Made by a program: the position numbers and the translations under genes. A DNA stretch of 64,000 nt from Octopus vulgaris (Eukaryota), in the NCBI GenBank assembly GCA_951406725.2, contig OX597818.1, positions 372,001-436,000 of the forward strand, in the 5' to 3' direction. This document shows positions 41,441 through 53,627 of this stretch, piece after piece. The notes under the pieces are model-generated. The model was not told the origin of the DNA and made no database searches. It saw only the letters and a list, made by a program, of their open reading frames with translations. Each line of letters starts with the position of its first letter. Position 1 is the stretch's first letter.

Positions 41441-43064
41441 ACCTATCCAACCCACATATGCATATAACTGGATGGAAATATAAAGATCATTGGCATATTT
41501 TGTATCAAAAATGACAGTAGTTGAGCTTTTGTTTTTTTTGTACTTTACTTAAAGTTTTCCATATTTTCATAAGAGTTCCTTGCAGTTTGTCAAACAAAAA
41601 TATGAAAAAAATATGAAAATGTGTTTTTAATATAAAATATTTAAAAGAGAAGCTCTTCTTTTCCTTTCATAATTTATATATACCCACACACATCAATAAG
41701 AATGTTTTCCTCCCTTCCCCACTAATTGTTTCAGCTTACAACCATCTCCAAGGTAATTGTTTATTCTCCCTACAGGATATTCCATTTACTCTATCACATT
41801 TGTACTGACTCATAAGTCTCCTTGTAACATTTCTTCCATTTTTTTTTAAATCTTGGAGGAGACATTTCCTTTTATGCTGTCTAAGCAGAATTTAGTTCTA
41901 GCTTCATATCAAGAGCTGTTTGTGTGTACTTTTATATGGATAGTCCAAGGGGAGCTTGTAAGTCAAGGAAAGAGCACACCTAGACACAGTACCAAGAAAT
42001 ACAGCAATTAACATATTTTTAATATATCATAAATTTGCATGAAACTGTTTTGTGACATTGCTTGACTGAACAAACTTCTTAATTGATAATAATGCACTGA
42101 AGGTAGTGAGCTGACGGAATTGTTAGCATACTGGCAAAATGCTTAGAGGCATTTCATCCATCTTTACATCCCAAGTTCAGATTCTGCTGAGATCCACTTT
42201 GCCTTTCATCCTGTTGGGGTGACAAATTAAGTATCAGTTGAGCACTGGGGGGTCAATCTAATCGACTTGACCCTTTCCTTGAAATTACTTGCTTTGTGCC
42301 AAAATTTGAAACCAATTTGTAATAGCACGTTAATATACATGTGTGTGTGTGTATCCTTGTCTTGATAACAATCTGTACACATTCCTTTATTTATATCTTG
42401 TCTTGTATATCACTCTGTGTAAAAGACCAGTTTGGGAATGCAGCCATGGATTGACAACATAAAAATGGATGAACTATAACGTTGGAGCCTGCAATAAGCA
42501 TGTGTGAAGTTCTTTACTAATCTAAAAAAAAAATTGTTAGCCTGGTGCATTTGTATTAACAGAGTGCTTATGAAGTATTTTGCTCAGATCACTAATCCCT
42601 CATTGATAACTCTTTATATATCTGGTTTCCATAGTTTCCATTTACCAATTCTATTCACAAGATTTTTGGTTGACCTAAGCTTTTGGTTGAAGCAGAAGAC
42701 ACTCAAGACACTATGCAGACAGAAATTGAGACCATTTATGCACATACACATACATGCAAGTGAGTGAACAAACTAAACAGACTAACATCCAACATCTTTG
42801 GTTTGAGTTATAAATATCTAATAACAGTTTGACTTAGTTCCACATTATTTAAAGTTTCATGGATGTAGGACATGTTCCCTTAGATGTTCCACACAAAGTG
42901 GAGAGAATTTAAAAGGAATTTTAAATGACTCCTAGATATTTAGGTCTCCATTAGTTATTTCAGATCACATGATTGCTTTTGCTCTCTCCATCTTTAATTG
43001 TTCATTTGTTTACAGGTAGAACACTACAGGAATCAGAACATAATGTTTAGCATGGAACTTACCT

Positions 43065-43740
43065 GAGTGAAAGTAGCATAAGGCCAGATGTGGGGAGCAG
43101 AGGCATCTATAGTAGTAGTAGAAGAAACAGAGAGAGAAAACAACACATCTGTGGGTCAGGTGTTAGAGTGTTTTGATGAATGACTTTGAGAAATCAGTTG
43201 AGGGGCTTTGTTCTGGATACAACATAGGATATCTGCAGGTATGTGCAGCAGCAACACTGTCCCGAAAGAGGTAGCAGTACTCTATTGCAGGTTTCACCTC
43301 ATCTTTGTAGGGTTTTAACAGTTACTAGGGGCTGAAATATTTTCTGGCTCTGAAGAGGAGAGCCAGTGGTTGTGGCCTTCTTCAGAAGTTTTTGCTATGT
43401 TGAGAACATGAAATCACTTGGAGACACTTTGAGATAGAATTTGCAGTGATTCAGAGGGTTCTGGTGGCCTAACGAAGATCCATGTGATTGCAAAGTGGAG
43501 TTCTTAACCTGATGGTCAGGTCTGAACTTACATTGGTTGTATGTTATGTACTGTAGTGTTGCTGATAGCAGACGGATTATGAAGAAGGGATGCATTTAGG
43601 CTGTCAGGAGACAAATTTCTTGCAGATCAGTGTATGGTTGGTGATTAATGTACAATTGTGATTAAGGTATGATTGGTGGTTAAAGTAGGGTTGTTGACTA
43701 ACAAGGATGTGCAGAAGTGTAAGAAAGGATGGATGCCTGT
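43065..43740 (-). mobile_element. Heavily degraded non-LTR element (Jockey/L2-like ORF2 C-terminus)
   Basis: Minus strand reads ...IQNKAPQLI...HRCVVFSLCFFYYYYRCLCS, resembling the IQ.KA..LI...HRR.VSSL.LFYRYY.G.CS pattern of such LINEs (from recall). Confidence 0.45.
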
Positions 43741-45547
43741 AGTACTCCATTCAAGATAATATAGATTGTTGCCATATTATTTTACAATAAATAAACCTAA
43801 CAAGTTGTGAGCTTCTATTTCAAAGTTGCCTTGTTTGGTGAGCTTCTTTACAAGACATAGTCACCTATAACAAGTAACTAGTACGTATTAGTTGTCCACC
43901 ACTTAAATAGTTGAGTTATTTTGACTGACTAACTAGAAAGTCTCAATCATTTCAAGCACTAGTATTATTGACATTAAGTATAACCTATTTCATTACATGA
44001 TACAGCTAACCTGGTTGTAGACTTCTAGTGGTACAACTGACTGATTTTCATCCAGAAGAGAAGCTTTTTCAATCTGAAACTATTTTTTCCATCAATTCAT
44101 CCAGCTATAAAACATGAAGAAATGGATATAACATCAGCCAACCACCAAACCATGGCTAACACTGATAAACATCAGGAAATGGCCATAAAAATACTCAAAA
44201 TATTATCTGAAAAAATTCTATCATTATTATGTTTAATTGGTAAATGATAAATCCAAGAGTTAAAGAAACTAGTTTTTAGCTCTGTTTTTTTTTTCTTTTT
44301 TTAAGTACTAGAATTAACTTAGAACTTATTATTTGACATTTCCAGATGCAAGCAATACAAACATGCAATATAGCCCAGTCATGGTGACAGCAGAGAGTAG
44401 ATAATTTCAATAACAGTAATTTACTATGTCTCAAACTGATTATTTCAATTCTAGATAGTGTGTATGCATGCATGCACACACACATACACACAATCATTGT
44501 TTTAATGTTCGCTTTTTCATGCATGAGTCAGATGGAATTTGTAGAGACAGATTTTCTATGGTTGGATGCCCTTCCTATTGTCAACCCATACCTATTTTCA
44601 AGTAAGGTAATATTTCCCCTGGTCTGGATATGTTTCCACAGAAAACTAGAAATTAATGACACTGCTAGTATGAGAGTGGCACTCACTTGTAACTATTATG
44701 TAATGTCAAGACAAGAACACACACACACATAGACCTGAGAGGCATCTTCCAGTTTCCATTTAGCAAATCCACTTGGTTTTGATCCACCTGGGGCTATAGC
44801 AGAAAATGCTTGACCAAAGTACCATGCTGTGACACTGAACCCCAAAACCATGTGGCTGGGAAGTGAACTTTCTGAATCACACAGCCATACCTGTGTTTTA
44901 GCAAGATCACTGTGTGGTTCAGAGAACAGATCTCTAATCTAGATAATTCTGCATAAAAAAGATATATGATCTTGAGAAAGAACTACTATCTCTGGTGAAA
45001 ATATAGACAAATAATTCCCAGAGGAAGACATTATGACAGACAATACTCTGAATTTTTCCATCTTGATAAATAGCATATTTATTTGATTTTCAATAGATGA
45101 ACATACAACATGTTTCCTTAACACTCATTTTTAAATACTGATATTTAAAGAAAAAATATTTGAAGTTATTGACAGAAATTAGTAGAGGCAAAGAGATGAA
45201 GGTTTTGTTAATTTTTTAAGGGAACAGAATTTAGTTGCTGTTGATATGAAATGACAACAAAAAGTCACAAAAGGAATTATTGTTTAAATTTGGAATGGAA
45301 ATAAAAGAATAGACGTTTTCCAATGAATACTACATCTAAAATATTTACAGGTGCAATTCTTTGAACAGTTCAAGCATAGCTGTATGGTTAACAAGTCCGC
45401 TTCCCAACCATATGATTTTGAGTTTGGCCCCACAGTCTAGAATCATTGGTAAGTATCTTTTACTATAGCCCTGCATCAACCAAAGCATTCTAACTGGGTT
45501 TGGTAGATAGAAACTGAAAGAAGCCCATTGTGTGTGAGTGTGTGTAC

Positions 45548-45584
<37 letters not shown>

Positions 45585-46710
45585 AAACGTTTTGAACTTT
45601 GAATTGGATGTATGAACAGAAACATTGAACCAGTCTCCAAGGGACTGGAAGAAGTAATGGCTAAAATTGTCTAACTTTTATTACAGATTTACTAATATTT
45701 ATACAAGGTGACAAATATTTTTCAATTCAATTGAAATACATGCAGTGGCAGTCAGGGCATAGATCCAAATAAACGGGAAAAGAAGACTTCAATATGACAT
45801 GAATCATAATATATGTTGTTTGCAGAAGTTTGGTTTGCAATTTTTGAGTAAATCAGTTCTAGACAAACAAACATACACTCCCAAATATGTAGAGAGATTA
45901 CACAGTCTAACTACATCAGTAACTAGCTATTCTACTGAATTTTAATAGACAAGCATATAGATTTTTCTTGAATGTTCCAACATATATTAACATATATTCT
46001 ATTGTAAATAATGATGCTTTATAAAAACAAATATCAGAAAACAGAGAAAAAAATAGGAATTAGTTTTTAAATACGTAAAGTGAGAATGTTTAAATGAAAG
46101 TAAATGGGTTGTTACTTTATATTTTTGCTGATTGAGAGTAGTGTGCCAGACTAAGAATCTCCTAATAGACCTCAGTTCTGATGTTCTAAGACTTCAAGAA
46201 ATCACAGGTCAACTTTGATCTCTGTTTCTCAAGAGTTGATAAAAATAAGAACAAAATCTCTCCTCTCACTCCAAGAATAATTTGCCATATGCTCTGAGCA
46301 ACAGGAATCTTTGTGCCCTTTCATTGTGTAAGTTCAAAACAAGATAAAGGGCAGATAAATTAAACAGGAATCCTATTTAAGCCCTTACCTTTTGTTCTTC
46401 CATAACCTTTTTCAATTTGAAAAGGTTACTCCTGATTAAATGTTTACTGGGGCGTTTTATAACTACCAGAGGAATGAATTCTGAGCTTCTCTCTCTTTAG
46501 TCTTATGAGAAGTACCATAGTCTTATTAGTGGTAGTAGTAATTAGGTGTCTTTCCAGTAGCTAGATATATAAATTTAATATTGGTGATCAGACACAAATA
46601 CATACAGCCCTAACTAACCTGGTTAATTAATTTAAACTATTATATGCATATATGTGTGTGTGTGTATGTTGAAAGAGAGAGAGAGAAACAAAGAAAATAA
46701 CTAGTATATA

Positions 46711-48494
46711 CATCATCATCATCATCATTTAGCGTCCGCTTTCCATGCTAGCATGGGTTGGACGGGTCAACTGGGGTCTGTGAAGCTGGAAGGCTTCGTC
46801 AGGCCAAGTCAGATCTGGCAGTGTTTCTACGGCTGGATGCCCTTCCTAACGCCAACCACTCCGCGAGTGTAGTGGGTGTTTTTTACGTGCCACCTGCACA
46901 GGTGCCAGACAGAGCTGGCAACGGACACGAACGGATGGTGCTTTTACGTGCCACCGACACGGGGCCAGACAGAGCTGGCAAACGGCCACGAATGGACGGT
47001 GCTTTTACGTGTCACCGGCACGGGGGCCAGCCGAGGCTGGCAACGGACACGAACGGATGGTGCTTTTACGTGCCACCGACACGGGCCAGACAGAGCTGGC
47101 AAACGGCCACGAGCGAATGGTGCTTTTACGTGCCACCGACACGGGGCCAGACAGAGCTGGCAAACGCCCACGAACGGACGGTGCTTTTACGTGTCACCAG
47201 CACGGGGCCAGGCGAGGCTGGCAACGAACACGAACGGATGGTGCTTTTATGTGCCACTGACACGGGGGCCAGGCAGAGCTGGCAAACGGCCACGAGCGAA
47301 TGGTGCTTTTACATATCACCGGCACGGGTGCCAGACGAGGCTGACAGCGGACACGAACGGATGAGTCACTTAACCCCTGCTTTCTGATATATGATTTGAT
47401 TTTGATTGTTCTCACTGGTCTTGCCGGGTCTTCTCACGCACAGCATACTTCCATAGGTCTCGGTCTCTGGTCATTTCCTTGGTGAGACCTAGAGTTCGAA
47501 GGTCGTGCTTCACCACCTCGACCCAGGTTTTCCTGGGTCTACCTCTTCTACAGGTCCCCTCAACTGCCAGGGTGTGGCACTTTTTCACACACCTATCTTC
47601 ATCCATTCTCACCACATGACCATACCAGCGCAATCGTCTCTCTTGCACACAACATCTGATTCCTCTTAGGTCCAACTTTTCTCTCAAGGTACTTACACTC
47701 TGTCGACTATGAACACTGACAGTACACATCCATCGGAGCATACTAGCTTCATTTCTCGCGAGCTTACGCATGTCCTCAGCAGTCACGGCCCATGTTTCAC
47801 TGCCATGTAGCATGGCTGTTCGTACACATGCATCATACAGTCTGCCTTTTACTCTGAGCAAGAGGCCTTTAGTCACCAACAGAGGTAAGAGCTCCCTAAA
47901 CTTTGCCCAGGCTTTTCTTACTCTAGCCGTTACACTTTCAGCACACCCACCCCCACTACTGACTTGGTCACCAAGATAACGGAAGCTATCAACTACTTCT
48001 AGTTTTCCCCCCTGGAAAGTGACGGAAGTTGTTTTCTGCAGATTTTCAGAGGTTAATGCTCTCGAGCATCTGCCACATACAAAAACCATCTTCCTAGTTA
48101 GCCTTCCTATGACATTGCTGCACCTCTTATGTGTCCATAGCTTACACTTGGTGCATCTTATAGAGTTTCTACCTACACCTTTTCTACAGATCGAGCAGGG
48201 CCATCTACCTGAAGGCGTTTGTGATTTGTCTACCTTCCTACTTATTAGGACTTTGGTTTTAGCTAGGTTGACTCTAAGGCCCTTCGATTCTAAACCATGC
48301 TTCCACACCTGAAACTTCTTCTCCAGTTCTGATAATGACTCAGCAATTAGAGCAAGGTCATCAGCATAGAGGAGCTCCCAGGGGCATCCTGTCTTGAATT
48401 CCTCTGTTATTGCCTGGAGGACTATGATAAATAGGAGGGGGCTGAGGACTGAGCCTTGGTGGACCCCTACCTCTACCCGGAATTCTTCACTGTA
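46711..48494 (-). mobile_element. Young 5'-truncated RTE-clade LINE with uninterrupted RT C-terminal ORF (47412-48494), 3' UTR tandem array and (ATG)n tail
   Basis: The frame extends upstream of the listed ORF: YSEEFRVEVGVHQGSVLSPLLFIIVLQAITEEFKTGCPWELLYADDLALIAES (RT motifs QGSVLSP and YADD). It continues with GLRVNLAKTK, FRYLG, AMLHGSETW, RRLRWYGHV and RGRPRKTW. No stops. Confidence 0.95.
46875..47362 (-). repeat. GC-rich tandem array of 8 units of about 60-62 nt within the RTE 3' UTR
   Basis: Units begin ggtgcttttacgtg at about 46875, 46937, 46998, 47059, 47119, 47179, 47239 and 47301. Confidence 0.92.
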
Positions 48495-49053
48495 AATATT
48501 AAATAAAAATGTTAAATCCTGTACCCTCTGTGCACCAGGTAGGGATCTGATTCACAATAGAAACACATCACTAAGTCAGTGAGCATGAGTATGTATGTAT
48601 ATATGTATACACACACACATACACGATGAGCTTCTTTCAGTTCCTACTTACAAAGCTTTGATTGGCATGGGGATATAGTAGAAGACACATGCTCAAGATG
48701 TCACATAATGGGACTGAACCTGAAGCCATATAGTTAGGAAGCAAACTTTATATCACACAGCCACTTCTGCAGAACCAGGGATAAGACACCTGATGACGAC
48801 TGACAATGAAACCGATTAAAATACAGTGTTGATGTAAAAACAGATAAAAGTTTTATCTCTAAAAGTGAAAGATGATAATGCAGACAATATATTTATAATT
48901 ACCTTGTAGTTAAGACAGTCAGGGAAGTTTATTAACACATAGAGCTAATTACCTCTAACATCCAACATAACAAGTATTGAATATCTACCAAAGAAGAGAT
49001 GAAAACGAAACCAAAGAAATATAGAATAAGACTTCAAATACTTATCTTGACAA

Positions 49054-50200
49054 TATGAAGGTGGGCTGAAAAGTTCCTAGGCTGACAATGAAGGAGTGAT
49101 GCTAGAACTGTGAAATCTTGTATGCATTAATTTCAACTCTTATCAATATCTGCATTGTTTCTTTCCAGGTAAACTGGCATTTCACTATTCAAAGAAGTCT
49201 TCAAAAGTAACTAGTAGTGATTTCTCTTGAAAATGGATAAAATTTGGCATCATCATGTTATCAAGTACCTGCAGAAAAAGGGTTTAGCCCCCAAGGACTT
49301 TCATGCTGACATGGTTGCTACATTAAGGGGTGATGCTCCAGTTTTATCAGCAGTGCAAAAATGGGAAGCTGAATGGAGAGTTTTGAAAATGATCCAAACA
49401 TCTAGACATCCTGCAACTGCCATCATCAAGGAAAACATTGACTGTGTTCACCACATGGTGACGGATGACAAGTGATTGACTATAAATCAAATAACCAATC
49501 CCATGAGAGAGTTAAGAACATCCTACACAATGAACTTGGCATGATGGCGCTTTCTGTTTGGTGGGTGCCATGTCTGCCACATCTGACACCTGATCAAAAG
49601 CATTCTGGGCTTGTCACATCACGGAAAAATCTGACATTGTTTTAGGCAGATCCAGCAGGTTTGCTTCAATGTTTCCTAACCCAGGATGAGTGTTGGGTTC
49701 ATCACTTTGAGCCAGAGATAATCTATGCAGTGGAAACACCCCTCCTCACCTGCTCCAAAGAAGGCAAAGATTGTTTCATCAGTAGGGAAGGTAATGACCT
49801 CAATTTTTTGGAATGCAAAAGGCATTGTGTTTATTGATTATTTTCAAAAGGGCCGCAACATCAAGGGAAATTACAATGCCATCTTGCTGAGACAATCACA
49901 AAGGGCTATCAAGACTGTGTGACTGTGGATTTGAACTGGGTGATTACCCTCCCTGTTCTGATTTGGCCCCATCTGACTATCACCTGTTCTCCAACATGAA
50001 AAAACACTTGTCTGGGAACCAATATCACTGTGATAATGATGCCATATCTGCTGTTGATTTCTTTGACCAACAGAATGAAAGTTTTTTCACTCATGAGATC
50101 CAAGCACAGCAAAAGTATGTGGCCTGCAAGAGGGACAATCTTGAAAAAATAAACCTCATTTAGTCACATTCAATAAGAGTATTTTGGTCAGTCTGTGAAC
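49054..50200 (+). mobile_element. Mariner (DD34D) transposon relic, near full length
   Basis: TA plus left TIR tgaaggtgggctgaaaagttcctaggctgac. Peptides include VIKYLQKKGL, TQDECWVHHF, MQWKHPSSPAPKKAK and DLAPSDYHLF. Partial right TIR gtcagtctgtgaac at 50187-50200. Frameshifted. Confidence 0.9.
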
Positions 50201-50225
50201 ATGAAAATTGAGAACATGAAAATTG

Positions 50226-50381
50226 TTTTTGGATCCTTGGATCTTGAGGCACATCAAATAAAGCAATGAATAATAGCATGTAAATATTGGGTTGAAAAAT
50301 GCTTTTGGATTTCAACCCACAATTTACTTGCTATTATTTATAGCTTTATGTGATGTGCCTCAAGATCCAAGGTTCCAAAAA
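50226..50381. repeat. Long inverted repeat, 72-nt arms, 12-nt loop
   Basis: Arms 50226-50297 and 50310-50381 are complementary at 65 of 72 positions without gaps (manual count). Confidence 0.9.
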
Positions 50382-52153
50382 AAGACACACATACACATGG
50401 AGCTGTATGAAAAGCTTAACCATTAATGTATATTTCAACTGATTATTCACCAAACTAAATAAACTGTCAGTATTTCTATGAAATACAGATATAGTCAGAG
50501 TAGCACAGCAGTTAAATAATTTGGGGGTTTACATCAGAGAGATAGAAAACCAGCTTTTGAGATATACTGCTAGTTAAATAAATGTGTGTGTGTATGCATA
50601 CCACTATTGTCATCATCATTATATGTACAGAGACAAATACACTCACATAATTACTCTGTGTGTGTGTGTTTCTGTCTATCTATCTAATGTGTGACTGTGT
50701 GTGTGTGTGTATGGCGGGGGGACACCAACAGCTCTTTTTCTTGTGGAAAACACAACAGTGCCTTTATTTTATCTTTTTTCATTGTTTATTTTTTCATATC
50801 TTCACATGAGTTCCTTTTTGTATGTTTGGGAGAGTAAAGTTTCTAAATATATACCAATGTTTCCAGACCTTCACATTCACAACTTCAAGATGAAGTAATG
50901 TTAGAATGTGTTGCTGTCTCTTTATAGAAGGCAAGGCCAATGTGATTGGTGGAGACATTACTACTACAATTTGAATTTTGACTGTTAGATTTACATGTCA
51001 TTGGCCAGCTGCTTAATAAGGAGACCCTCATTTCTTACTACAATGAAAGACAATCACTCCCAGCACATATTTATGAAACAGTAAACATACACAAACAAAA
51101 ACAACACCATCAAAGCCATAATTCTCAAATTATTCATCAACAAACAAAACTTCTAAATAAGTAAATGTCGTTAAACAATTAAGCTCAGAAAGATATAGAA
51201 TACAGTCAACCAAAGAGTTCCTACACATCTGAGAAATCAGTGAAATTGGCAACATTTCCACCTTAAAAATAGAAAGTCTGCTTCCAGTAGTCTAAAACCT
51301 ATTTGAATGTCATGATTTTCCATCCTATAGCCCCATACATTTTGAGTGAGGATATGGAATAGATGGGATTCTCCCAGTTTTAAGCTGTTGTATTAAGCCA
51401 GAAAGGAGATTGTAGAAACTTTAGCTTTATGCAATGACTCTTAGACCAAGGATTTTCATAGCTTTTAATGCCAGTCCTTTCTACCAAGGACCTAATTTTT
51501 AGAACAATATGCACATAAATAAGAACTTACAGTCCAAGAGCTATCAAATGTTCAGTATAATCAGTTGTTTCTATATCAGAGATCTGTTAAAACTACTGGG
51601 CGAGAAATCTGTATATACTTTGATATTTGTATATCCTAAAGTACTATATATGTCACATATATAGCTTCTGAAATAGTAAGTCTATTTGATACCATACTTA
51701 TTAGGGAATACACTAATTATATGTTTTAATCAATTTTGAAAATAATGGGAGAAAATCAATGTTTAGAACATAATTTTACAAATAATTATGAACACTTCAG
51801 AAAGAGTAAACTTCTATACAGAATTAAAGTTGGTATCAAGTGGGTGGATATTAAAATATCTAAAGGGTATATTTTTTCTTTTACTTTTGTTTTTATACAA
51901 CACAACTTCTCAATGCAAAACTTTGCTAAAAGTGTGTAAAGTCAATTATAATTAGATGTTGGTATACAGGGTTATCTTCTCATAACCTTGAAGTTCCGGG
52001 TGGTTGGTGTTAGTCTCAACCACAGTCAAATTATTTCATCAGTGAAGCTGAAATTCTTTCAGACTCAAAAATGTGTACAGTTGGATAGCATTAAATGCAT
52101 GACACCTTTAGGCATGAGGAAACATTCCTATTTACCAAAACAATTAATGGGCT

Positions 52154-52203
<50 letters not shown>

Positions 52204-53582
52204 ATGTATGCGCATGTGTAAACAAAACAGATGTACAAAAGGAAACCAAATATGCAGGACAGTGAATATCTGGACATACAAGCAAGATGGATTAAGTGGA
52301 CATAGAAAACAAATGGACTAACTGGACACACATGACAAATGAATTAATAACAGGGCATGGATTAATGGGATATAGTGAACATAACTAGATATACAAATTG
52401 TGTGGAATAACTAGATACAGAGGATTAAGCGTATAGCAGTACATATGGATTTATTGCTGAATATAAAAGACATGGAATGTGTTATGAGATGTGATATTCA
52501 GAAGACATAAAATATACAACAGCTAAATATTAGAGAATTTGTATGATATAAATGTGGAGAATCCAGGAAGTATAGGGGTTGACATAGGAAATACATGAAA
52601 TATGGGGGAAGGGGACTTATATGAGAGAAATATAAAATATAAGTTGAATATCTAATTATGTAAACCACATTAAGCATCTATCTACATAGAGGTATATGAA
52701 TTTTGAATGGCTTGGGTGCATAACATGAAGGATGGACAAACAAATATTGCTAGACATATAGAAATTCCATAAAGAGTAGACATAAAGATGCTATATAAAG
52801 GGTGAGTGTTGCACACATGCTATATAAGGAATGAACATACAAACATTACAGGAGAGCAGGAGATTCAGAAATTATATAAAAACTGGATATACAGAGGTTG
52901 TTCTATGAAACTTAGTCATTAATAAAAACAATAATATATAAAGGCTTGTCACATAGAGGTAGATAATACATAATAACTTAATACTTGGACATTACATAAT
53001 GCCTGGCTAGTCAAGAATAAAATTGGAATTAACAGTAAAGAAGTTTACCTGAATAAAGAGCTGAAAATCTTGGATGAATCCATGAAATAAAATAACTTGA
53101 GTTTGAATATTGTGATTAAAAATGAGATTATTTCTAATGTTGGTATAGATTATTGTGGGTAATGTGGAGTAACCTCCGATTAGTTCAGCAGCTACTCCTC
53201 AAACACTGAGGAGCAGCAATAATAGTTAGAGATGTCTGGAGGGTCAGGCATCTTCTTCATGTGTTTAGCATTTTGACAGAGGAACAGCAGATTACTTGCT
53301 TTTTATTATGGGGGAGGGACTAAGTTTTAAGAATCATAGTTCCTATTTCAAAGGTAGTATGGAAGATGCTGCTACAGAGAGTTGCCTTAGAATTGCTGGT
53401 GTTTGTTGTGAATAGTAGTGGGAGCTGTGTTATCTGCTGGTCATTAATATATATTAATGACATCTAATATAGGATAAAATTTTCAAAAAATTTTATCAGT
53501 GGCCAGCAGATTAAAAAATACCTTTTAAGGTGAAAAATTATAAACAACTTATAAGTTTATAAGTTGTATATATTAATGATAC

Positions 53583-53627
<45 letters not shown>

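Noticed and set aside
43063-43106. Apparent 44-nt minus-strand exon with pyrimidine tract, TAG acceptor and CAG|GTAAGT donor
   Set aside because: Lies within a LINE relic, and its own ATG is out of frame with the large exon. It cannot be supported without transcripts, though a UTR or cryptic exon is not excluded.
46875-47362. CRISPR-like appearance of regularly spaced repeats
   Set aside because: Whole units are repeated, there are no unique spacers or cas genes, and the context is a eukaryotic LINE.
46758-47415. Several overlapping ORFs of up to 209 aa
   Set aside because: Artefacts of the GC-rich tandem array in the LINE 3' UTR.
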